A stretch of DNA of 64,000 bases, taken from sequence record PZ445487.1. The stretch is one strand, 5' to 3'. This document shows, in pieces, positions 8,535 to 16,621 of this stretch. The position numbers were made by a program, and so were the translations under genes. Position 1 is the stretch's first letter. Every line of letters begins with the position of its first letter. The notes under the pieces are model-generated. The model was not told the DNA's origin. It saw only the letters and a list, made by a program, of their open reading frames with translations, and ran no database searches. The stretch is from a phage.

Positions 8535-9298
8535 TAACCCGCAATAAACGATAAATGGCACTTGATATTTGGTTCAAGTGTCGTTATCGTGATAATCATA
8601 TTGTCCACATCTTGGCTGAAAGATATATTTGCGATCGGTTTGGTTTGAACATGATTATACAGGCTATAAATCAGATCTTCACCACGATAACCGATTTTGC
8701 CATCAGTGTCCTGCCAATGACCGAGGGTAGACTCTCGAGCGTGTACTCGGAATTCGACCATATGAAACAATGCTTTTGGGATGGTCTTCAGTATGCTGGT
8801 CCCAACAACCGGAATATCAATAGAAGAGTCGTTGGAGTTTCCTTCATAAACAGATTCCCAACCAAATATTGGATCACCTCCTGCCACAGGAGTTCTTTTC
8901 CAGTATTGGAATTCTGGGTTGCCCGAAGCGTTCTTTTGTAGGAGGATTACTTCACCGCCTTCAAAATTGGAAGTGTCTATATCGTCCCTTGCTAATAAAT
9001 CTGCCGGAGAACCAATAAATTTCCAAGTTTCGCGATCTAAAATAGACTTATAATAATCGGTGAATACGTTGCTGTCGTTAGCTGCATTGATTGCGTCTTT
9101 AAGACCTTCACCTGTGACCATCTCATTAAGTTTTAGCCACATGTTTTTGACAGCTGACGCAGCTGCGACTTGACCTTCAGTCCCACCCGCCGTGTAGTCA
9201 TAAATGATGTCCAGCTTTTGTATGGAATCATTTATAGACAAGAGCAAACGCTCAATTTCTGGGGCGGTCAGACTGAAACGATATGCGCGTTCTGACAT
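8531..9298 (-). CDS. hypothetical protein (opposite-strand ORF inside early region)
   Basis: ORF track; GAGGA RBS; 3' end overlaps the helicase stop by 4 nt. Confidence 0.5.
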   Translation of the reverse strand: MSERAYRFSLTAPEIERLLLSINDSIQKLDIIYDYTAGGTEGQVAAASAVKNMWLKLNEMVTGEGLKDAINAANDSNVFTDYYKSILDRETWKFIGSPADLLARDDIDTSNFEGGEVILLQKNASGNPEFQYWKRTPVAGGDPIFGWESVYEGNSNDSSIDIPVVGTSILKTIPKALFHMVEFRVHARESTLGHWQDTDGKIGYRGEDLIYSLYNHVQTKPIANISFSQDVDNMIITITTLEPNIKCHLSFIAGY

Positions 9299-9340
9299 GA
9301 TTCGTTCCTCATCGATAAAACCAGTTTGGGATACTTATAC

Positions 9341-9868
9341 ATGATTGAAATATACACTGACGGGGCATCGTCCCCTCAGAAGACACGAGCCGCTGGTTGG
9401 GCATTTGCCATCAGTCCAATCACTGGAGAGCAATGGAAAGTGTTTTATGGGTATTTACCCCCGCCGTCAACGAACAATATAGCTGAGTTACTCGGGGTTA
9501 TAAACGCAATGAAGATCCTATGGAAATTCTCTAATTGCGGTGAACGCTGCATTCCCCCAGCCCGCATTATATCCGACAGCCAATATGTTATCAATAGCGT
9601 TTTGGAGTGGCGTCGTAAATGGGAATATGAAGGAATGCCGCCTAAGAACACAGAACTTCTGCTCGAGTTGTTCGATTATTATGACAAAGTTTGTTCAATT
9701 TGTGAACTTGAATTAAAATGGGTGAAAGGTCATGCAGGAACGATGGGCAACGAAATTGCGGATCAGTGGAGCGTTAGAGCCAAAGAAGATAGTTCAATGG
9801 TTCTTGAAAATAACCGTTTCTCGGTCAAGAAAGTCGTTGGTTCTTTCAATGAATTCATTGGTATTTGA
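9341..9868 (+). CDS. ribonuclease HI (RNase H type 1)
   Basis: Motifs IYTDGAS, NNIAEL, SDSQYV, KGHAG..NE.AD matching the RNase HI catalytic D-E-D-H-D set. Confidence 0.75.
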   Translation: MIEIYTDGASSPQKTRAAGWAFAISPITGEQWKVFYGYLPPPSTNNIAELLGVINAMKILWKFSNCGERCIPPARIISDSQYVINSVLEWRRKWEYEGMPPKNTELLLELFDYYDKVCSICELELKWVKGHAGTMGNEIADQWSVRAKEDSSMVLENNRFSVKKVVGSFNEFIGI

Positions 9869-9879
9869 GGATTATCACG

Positions 9880-10671
9880 ATGGGTATGAATTTTGTAGAC
9901 AGGGGTGATAACGTCACCAAATATTTCACAGACGAAGATAATGACCGTGTTGTTGGAATATTGAGAGATTGGATTCCGGCTCGCAAAAAGGCTTTGGCCG
10001 AAGGAACACCCCTACCAAGAATCCCCAATTATGTGGCCATGAATGTTCAGATGATTATTAAGAACATGAGTATGCGCTACAACTATCGTGATTATCCATA
10101 CCGCGAAGACATGGTCAGTGAGGCCGTTGTCAACATCCTTCGTTACCTCCATACATTTGACGTCAGTCATATCGGCAAGAAAGGAAAAATCAATTTCTTC
10201 TCTTGGGTAACGATGTGCGCCGATCGTTCATTCGCCAAGAAACTCACCAGTGAAGAAGAACACAATTATATCAAGTTGCGTTCATTTGAAGAAGCAGGTG
10301 GTTTCGCTGCATTATCAGATGACCCAGACTTCCAGCAACAGACATTCGTAGACAGCACTGGTATAACAATGGACTTCCGTGAGCGTATCGGAAATTTTGA
10401 AACTAAGAAAGAAGCACAGCGCGAAAAGGAACGCCAAAAGCAAATCGCCATCAAAGAAGAGGAAAAGAATAAGAAAATTCCTCGCGGTATACTTCAATGT
10501 CTCACAAAGAGTGAAAATACCATTACCGCCGACGCCGAAGATAATTCAGACTATGACTTCGGCTCTACTCAATTCAATCTGGAAGACGAAATATGTTCTA
10601 TGGAACCAGATTGGGAAGAAGCAAAGAAACGAGCATTAGAACGGGAGCAACAAAATAATGGCGATTGCTAA
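9880..10671 (+). CDS. 55: late-promoter sigma factor gp55
   Basis: Alignable by eye to T4 gp55 (RYNYRDY, LHTFD, INFFSWVTMCADRSFAKK); GAGGA RBS before internal ATG. Confidence 0.8.
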   Translation: MGMNFVDRGDNVTKYFTDEDNDRVVGILRDWIPARKKALAEGTPLPRIPNYVAMNVQMIIKNMSMRYNYRDYPYREDMVSEAVVNILRYLHTFDVSHIGKKGKINFFSWVTMCADRSFAKKLTSEEEHNYIKLRSFEEAGGFAALSDDPDFQQQTFVDSTGITMDFRERIGNFETKKEAQREKERQKQIAIKEEEKNKKIPRGILQCLTKSENTITADAEDNSDYDFGSTQFNLEDEICSMEPDWEEAKKRALEREQQNNGDC

Positions 10672-11773
10672 AATAGGCGATTTACATATCGGGAGCCGTA
10701 ATGGTTCCCGTTACGTTCGAGAATTCATAAAGAATTATCTCATCAATTATTTTATTCCAGAATTGGTTGACGCCGATATTAAAGAAGTGTGGCAATTTGG
10801 TGATACGTTTGATGTTCGCAAATTCATGTATGGTCGCGATAAAGATTGGTTGAAAGATGAATTGACGCCAGCGCTGCGCAAAGCAGGTATTAAATGGAAT
10901 GGCATCGTCGGCAACCATGATATCACGTTAGAAGAGTCCAATCGTATTAACTGGCCTTCTTATCTTAATGAATTGGCACCGGATGTTTATCATTATTACA
11001 GCGAACCAACTGAAGTAATGATTGAAGGTGTCAAGACCCTCCTACTGCCGTGGATTAACAAAGAGAACTATGATGCGTCCATTAAAGCGATACAAGATAC
11101 AGACGCCAAGTACTGTTTTGCGCATCTGGAGTTGGCAGGGTTCAAAATGTACCAGTCCTCTGTATGTGATAAAGGTCAGATCGACGTGGCGCTCCTTTCG
11201 AAATTCGAGCGCGTGGATACCGGACATTTCCATACCCGTTCGATGGAAGGTAACATTCAGTATATTGGGACTCCTTATCACCTTACCTGGGAAGACCACA
11301 AAGACGGGACGAACCGAGGATTCTATGTAGACGACATGAATGGCGGGGAATTGTTTATCCCCAACAACGAACAACAAACGTTGTTCCGGTTCGTGGAATA
11401 CGACTACACCCAAATGTCTTCTGATACTGAAGGTAATTGGATCGACCCCGATTGGTTAAACAATGTTTTGGGTATTGAAGGGCAAATCGTTAAGGTGATT
11501 GTACAGAACCGTGACAATGCCAAGCATTATGAAAAGTTCTGTGACGCATTGAAGCGCTGTAAATGCATCGATTACAACTTCATCGATCGGACGATTACTG
11601 TTGCTTCCGAGAAGGTAGAAGTCACTGAAGAGATGGTGGCTACTGATGCGGTGGAAGTCTTGAAGAAAGATATCCGCGCCGCCAATAATATCCAGCGCCC
11701 TGAAAATGTTTGCAAATTAGCAGAACAATTCTATAATGCTGCCCAACAACGCCTGAACACATTGGATGCATAA
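10658..11773 (+). CDS. 47: recombination endonuclease subunit gp47 (Mre11-like)
   Basis: Calcineurin-like phosphoesterase motifs GDLH, GD.FD, GNHD, HFH; resembles T4 gp47. Confidence 0.85.
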   Translation: MAIAKIGDLHIGSRNGSRYVREFIKNYLINYFIPELVDADIKEVWQFGDTFDVRKFMYGRDKDWLKDELTPALRKAGIKWNGIVGNHDITLEESNRINWPSYLNELAPDVYHYYSEPTEVMIEGVKTLLLPWINKENYDASIKAIQDTDAKYCFAHLELAGFKMYQSSVCDKGQIDVALLSKFERVDTGHFHTRSMEGNIQYIGTPYHLTWEDHKDGTNRGFYVDDMNGGELFIPNNEQQTLFRFVEYDYTQMSSDTEGNWIDPDWLNNVLGIEGQIVKVIVQNRDNAKHYEKFCDALKRCKCIDYNFIDRTITVASEKVEVTEEMVATDAVEVLKKDIRAANNIQRPENVCKLAEQFYNAAQQRLNTLDA

Positions 11774-11775
11774 TA

Positions 11776-14109
11776 ATGAACAATGTAGACCTATTATCAA
11801 AATTTGGTTCGCTGTTGAAAGAAGCGGACACTCCTGTTTCTGTTGAAGTACCATTTGAAATTCGTGGGGAAATTACCCACAAACTGACTTTCCATCGCGG
11901 TCGCGCTAAAAACTTCCGTTCTATCGGTAATGAATTCATGGAAATTGATTACCAACGCAATTCGGCAACCTTGGTTACATCCGATGACAATGGCGCTGGT
12001 AAATCCACCATGCTTGTCTGGCTGCTGTTCTTCGTTCTGTATAATGACACATATAGCAAGAAAGAAAAGAAAGCCGGATTAGTCAATTCCCAAAACAAAA
12101 AGGAATGCGTGGGTGAAGTTGAGTTCTCCACTCGAGGAAGTGAATGGAAAGTCCGTCGTGGTATCAAACCTGATTTCGTAGAAGTCTATCAGATGGTAGA
12201 CGGTGAGTGGAAGCAGGTCGTGAATGATGCGGCCAAAGCCGACATGAACAAATATATTGTGAACCTGATTGGCGTAGACCAGAAGATGTTTGAGAACTCC
12301 CTGGTTCTAGGCAAAGAGAAGTTCATCCCATTCACGGAAATGTACACTGCCGACCGTCGCGCTATGGTAGAGACAATCTGGGATTTGGGGTTCTTCAGTC
12401 TGATGAATGAAGATGTAAAAGCATCTATCAAGACAGTAACGAATGAACTCACGACGGTCACCAATGATTACGCCTTTCATGATGTAAATTTAAAAGGCCA
12501 GCAAGCGCAGTTGGAACAGATCAATAATTCCAATGCGATGATCCAGCAACAATCTGCGGATATCCTTGTCCAAGAGAAGGAACGTCTGAATAGCCTGAAT
12601 TCAGATATCAACGCAGTGCAGGAACAACTGACAGAGTCCCGTGCTCAAGACTCTAAATTGGAATCAGAATTATCAGAAGTCCGTAATCGCCTGAACGCTG
12701 AAATGAAGGTGGATATCGATTCCATCAATGACGAGTATTTTGCCAAAATTCAAGCGGTTCAGGATGAGGCTGATACCAAGGCTGAAGACTATGAGCGTAT
12801 CGAGGTGTCTGATGGCGAACGTTCATTACAAGAAATTCGGGAGAGAATGGCGGTAGTCGCGGAACGTAAAAATGATCTGGTTAGCCAACGGAATGCTAAC
12901 CTGGATGAACTGAACAAAGCATTAGCGCGGCGTCAGCAGGGTGAGAACTTCCGTATCAAATTCGTAACAGAAATGGAAGGACATGAATCTGCCATCAAAC
13001 GTTTCCACGATATGGGCACTTGCCCTACGTGTACGCAATTAGTGTCGGACGATACCAAATCACGCATTGAAAGTCAATATTATCCACAAATCAGTGAACT
13101 GACTGACAAGATTCTTCAGGTTGATACAGCCCTAGAAGAAGTGAATTCCCTGATTGAGAATTACAATGTCAGAGATTCAGAATTATCTTCTCAGATTTCG
13201 GTTATTGACAAAGAACTGGATGCTTTGCGCAATGAAATTCGAGAAGCGGAATCGGCGATCGCTACATTAAAACGCGACATCCAAGGTTTCTACGAAGTTG
13301 CGGCGGTTGAGAAAACATCTTTACAGCGGGAACAACAGTCCAAAATTAACGACGTCCTCAAGGCCGTAGACACCCGTTACGAAGATATCACGACGTCAAT
13401 CCGTCAAGCCCGTGAGCAGCTCTCTAAGAGTATCAACGACACGGCTGATAAACTCACCAGCCTGAAATCACTCCGTGCCCCTCTGGAGGCATCCATTGCT
13501 GATTTAGAGCGTAAATTGGCGGTTAAGCCGACACCAACTGACGCCCTGGAAGAAGAGATCGCTCGCATCACGGCATTAATGGAAGATCTGAATGCGCGGC
13601 GCGTAGAGTTGGATGAGAAATTGCAAGACCTGAACCATCTTCTGTTCTTCCTAAAAGATGATCAGACCAAGGCTCGAATTATCAGTCTGTATTTGCCTTT
13701 CCTCAATAGTAAAATAAACGAGTATCTTGAAGCACTCAATATGTTCTTGGATATTGCTGTTGATGATACATTTGAAATCACCATGAGCGCTGCTGGTCGT
13801 AAAGGGCAAAGCATATTCTCCCTGTCTACAGGACAACGCAGCCGACTCAATCTGGCTGTGACATTAGCCCTACGGGACGTCGCTAACCTGAAGGCGTCTG
13901 TACAATGTAACCTCTTCGTGTTGGATGAGATACTCGAAAACATGAGTGAGCGAGGGGTTCAAGAATCCATCGAGATGCTGAAACATAAATTTGGTGGGAA
14001 CAATCTGTTTGTCATCAGTCAGCGTGAGCAGGAGTTCCAAGAATATTTCCAACATAACATTCGTTATGGTCTGCGTAATGGCATGACCGAAGTGATTAAG
14101 AAGGATTGA
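11776..14109 (+). CDS. 46: recombination endonuclease subunit gp46 (Rad50/SbcC-like ATPase)
   Basis: Walker A NGAGKST, long coiled-coil middle, C-terminal LSTGQRS signature-like and DE box. Confidence 0.85.
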   Translation: MNNVDLLSKFGSLLKEADTPVSVEVPFEIRGEITHKLTFHRGRAKNFRSIGNEFMEIDYQRNSATLVTSDDNGAGKSTMLVWLLFFVLYNDTYSKKEKKAGLVNSQNKKECVGEVEFSTRGSEWKVRRGIKPDFVEVYQMVDGEWKQVVNDAAKADMNKYIVNLIGVDQKMFENSLVLGKEKFIPFTEMYTADRRAMVETIWDLGFFSLMNEDVKASIKTVTNELTTVTNDYAFHDVNLKGQQAQLEQINNSNAMIQQQSADILVQEKERLNSLNSDINAVQEQLTESRAQDSKLESELSEVRNRLNAEMKVDIDSINDEYFAKIQAVQDEADTKAEDYERIEVSDGERSLQEIRERMAVVAERKNDLVSQRNANLDELNKALARRQQGENFRIKFVTEMEGHESAIKRFHDMGTCPTCTQLVSDDTKSRIESQYYPQISELTDKILQVDTALEEVNSLIENYNVRDSELSSQISVIDKELDALRNEIREAESAIATLKRDIQGFYEVAAVEKTSLQREQQSKINDVLKAVDTRYEDITTSIRQAREQLSKSINDTADKLTSLKSLRAPLEASIADLERKLAVKPTPTDALEEEIARITALMEDLNARRVELDEKLQDLNHLLFFLKDDQTKARIISLYLPFLNSKINEYLEALNMFLDIAVDDTFEITMSAAGRKGQSIFSLSTGQRSRLNLAVTLALRDVANLKASVQCNLFVLDEILENMSERGVQESIEMLKHKFGGNNLFVISQREQEFQEYFQHNIRYGLRNGMTEVIKKD

Positions 14110-14111
14110 TC

Positions 14112-14420
14112 ATGGGTAGCCTGATTCGTGTATCAAAGAAATCCAAGGGCGCTGAAAAGCGCCTGTACAAAGCCGTTCGCCTGATGATCCTCTACAAGTA
14201 CAAAGCGGAGAATCAATGCTGGCGCAAGAAGACGCGTGTCCGCTACCAAGTCGCCCAGTACCAGATGAAGCTGCGCGTTATCCGTTTGGCGATGAAGATC
14301 GCAGGGAATTACAAGTATTGGACATGTGAGGCTGTGGGCAGTCGCAAGGCAATTGACCTTGTCGAAGACCGGAATCTGTCCTTCCTGATCAATCTATCTA
14401 ATTATGAGGACATGACATGA
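14112..14420 (+). CDS. hypothetical basic protein
   Basis: Internal ATG overlapping gp46 stop; Lys/Arg-rich. Confidence 0.4.
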   Translation: MGSLIRVSKKSKGAEKRLYKAVRLMILYKYKAENQCWRKKTRVRYQVAQYQMKLRVIRLAMKIAGNYKYWTCEAVGSRKAIDLVEDRNLSFLINLSNYEDMT

Positions 14421-14460
14421 TGGTTAGTGCTGGTGTAAACCACGCCCCTGCCACGGGGAT

Positions 14461-14489
14461 GTTTACGTCAAAGTGATCGGTCGTATTAA
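14461..14489 (+). promoter_or_regulatory. early promoter (GTTTAC-N17-TATTAA)
   Basis: Hexamers read directly from sequence. Confidence 0.4.
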
Positions 14490-14539
14490 ACTATTCCGTA
14501 AGTTGGGTAAATCTTTTACTGAATATTTGAGACAAACAT

Positions 14540-14824
14540 ATGTCAGAAGAGAAAGATGAAATTCAGATTGCTTGTGATATCGCTGTCGAGTTATGGAATC
14601 AGCGAAACAAACATTATCAGGTGACGTTGACCCCAAAGCGTTATCTAGAGCAAGGTGGCTTAATAGTCGTTGATGCCGTGTTAGGTTTCAACAAATATAC
14701 TGACATGCAAATCTTGGACGGGGATTTCACTATTGCTTCCAATACAGCTTGGGATGATCCTATGGAATTTGTCTACGGTTGGTTGGAATGCATCGAGGAA
14801 TCATACCATCTGATCTACGAATAA
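14540..14824 (+). CDS. hypothetical protein
   Basis: ORF track; early promoter 14461-14489 upstream; terminator downstream. Confidence 0.5.
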   Translation: MSEEKDEIQIACDIAVELWNQRNKHYQVTLTPKRYLEQGGLIVVDAVLGFNKYTDMQILDGDFTIASNTAWDDPMEFVYGWLECIEESYHLIYE

Positions 14825-14827
14825 GGT

Positions 14828-14864
14828 GAAGGGCACTAAATATCAAGTGCCCTTTATCTTTTAA
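14828..14864 (+). terminator. rho-independent terminator
   Basis: Hairpin GAAGGGCACT..AGTGCCCTT followed by TATCTTTT. Confidence 0.55.
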
Positions 14865-14920
14865 CCCTGTCAGGAGGCTCAATCGAGCTGCAAGTCGACA
14901 AACACATAAGGAACGCCATC

Positions 14921-15538
14921 ATGACGATGACAACGTTGAAGGCCATGGCCTTGTCCGTGACCTTTACCATTGCCAGCGGGAGTGTGCACGCTTCCCAAAG
15001 TACCACCCAATGTGATTACGAATTTTCTGATCAACAACTTTCAACCATGGCCACAGCCTATCACATAGGCAAACAACAAGACCTTGGTTTCACCCTCGCC
15101 GCGATATCATGGAGGGAAAGCCGCGCCGGAGAAGATGTTGTATCCATGCGGAATAACCTGAAATCGGCTAACATGGGGGCATTTCAAAATCGCGTCCAAA
15201 CCGTCGGGAAACGGGAGGGATGCAAAACACAGAAGTGTTACGCCAATGTCGCGATCAAATTACTGGTCAATCAAGAATATGCTGCCAATGCTGCCCTTGA
15301 TGAAATGAATTTCTGGCTAGAATATCACAACCAAAACATTCGCAAATCCCTTTCCTCTTACAATGCTGGGTTCAATCGTAACCAGAAATCCAATTCTTAT
15401 GCAGCCGACGTCGTGAAGAAGGCTAAATATCTTCAACGATGTGTGTCTTTCAAAAGCATGGCAATAAACCCAAAGGTCGACCCAGGAGTGATCGCCATGA
15501 ATAAGCGCACGATTGAGAAACTCAAGAGGACCAGATAA
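14921..15538 (+). CDS. secreted lytic-transglycosylase-like protein (putative SLT domain)
   Basis: Signal peptide; AISWRESRAG...ANMGAFQ resembles SLT ES...GLMQ motifs. Confidence 0.45.
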   Translation: MTMTTLKAMALSVTFTIASGSVHASQSTTQCDYEFSDQQLSTMATAYHIGKQQDLGFTLAAISWRESRAGEDVVSMRNNLKSANMGAFQNRVQTVGKREGCKTQKCYANVAIKLLVNQEYAANAALDEMNFWLEYHNQNIRKSLSSYNAGFNRNQKSNSYAADVVKKAKYLQRCVSFKSMAINPKVDPGVIAMNKRTIEKLKRTR

Positions 15539-16176
15539 TGAATATCACTCCATCTCAGACCGGATATGAACACATAATGGTGTTTCTGGCTATTCAGGGC
15601 GCGAAGGAAGGGATCATTACTTCAGAATATTCCGGTACAATGCGCCTTGCGGATTATGTCGCGCCGGAAGCATTCATCAAGAAATGCATCGACGCTTGGT
15701 GCCTTTATGCACTCGGCACGTATCCATCCCCTCCTGCTGGTGAGTTATTGTTTACCATACCGACTCCGGCAACTGGTGACACAGACGCGATATTCGCCGA
15801 TATGCTGTCAAAGGGTTATCTGACATATGACAGTGCTCACAGCGTGTATGATTTTTCTGCGCTGAATCGTATCTTCGGATTCACCATAACTTCTGAAGCG
15901 AATATTCCTGATTATGGAATACTAGCATGGGGCGTCGACGGTTTGGGGGCAACATATGCATCTTCGGATGTCGGTCCTGTGTTGATAGACCCAGGGGTGA
16001 CGATGGAGCAATACATGTCACAATTCCCTCAGCATAATGTTACCGGAAGCGACATCATTATTGTCTATCCTGGTTCTAATGCGCTACCCCGTTTGGTCAC
16101 GGGTTGGCAGTCACAGTTGAAGGACATTGTCTCTGGAATCAGGTTCCATATTCCTGTTGTCAATCCAACACCTTAA
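15538..16176 (+). CDS. hypothetical protein
   Basis: ORF track; ATGA-type coupling to upstream gene. Confidence 0.5.
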   Translation: MNITPSQTGYEHIMVFLAIQGAKEGIITSEYSGTMRLADYVAPEAFIKKCIDAWCLYALGTYPSPPAGELLFTIPTPATGDTDAIFADMLSKGYLTYDSAHSVYDFSALNRIFGFTITSEANIPDYGILAWGVDGLGATYASSDVGPVLIDPGVTMEQYMSQFPQHNVTGSDIIIVYPGSNALPRLVTGWQSQLKDIVSGIRFHIPVVNPTP

Positions 16177-16204
16177 AATATTCAATAAAAGGGGCAAAAG
16201 CCCC

Positions 16205-16233
16205 TTTACTTCTTCAATAACCCACGTATAATT
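16205..16233 (+). promoter_or_regulatory. early promoter (TTTACT-N16/17-TATAAT)
   Basis: Follows hairpin 16190-16205; TATAAT at 16227-16232. Confidence 0.5.
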
Positions 16234-16258
16234 CTAAACATAAGCAGTACGACACCAA

Positions 16259-16283
16259 CTTGAAAAGCAGGAACTACATTATG
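16259..16283 (+). repeat. conserved early 5' leader motif (copy)
   Basis: CTTGAAAAGCAGGAACTACATTATG. Confidence 0.55.
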
Positions 16284-16556
16284 AAAATCATCCTCGACGC
16301 ATATATCCGTTACGGCAGCAAATGGTTGATGGCCAAAGTTTACGACGGTGAAGAATTAGTCCACGCCCAAACCGCCCCTTCTGAACAATTGCGTGAAATT
16401 ATGAAACGCGATTTTCCTACTGCTGAAATGATTGAACCTGCCAACCAAACCGAAGTTGACAAAGAATGGGAACGCGAATGGAGTCCGGCGGCGTTGGCAC
16501 AATTTGATAAGAATTACAACAATCGCCAAAACGCGTCTCGCCCGTTTCGTCGTTAA
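16281..16556 (+). CDS. hypothetical protein
   Basis: ATG at end of conserved leader 16259-16283; early promoter 16205-16233. Confidence 0.5.
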   Translation: MKIILDAYIRYGSKWLMAKVYDGEELVHAQTAPSEQLREIMKRDFPTAEMIEPANQTEVDKEWEREWSPAALAQFDKNYNNRQNASRPFRR

Positions 16557-16621
16557 GAAGCACCCCTTTCTTTTCGCTAATTAAGGGAAACCGCACCGAT
16601 TTTATAATCAGGAGAATTACA

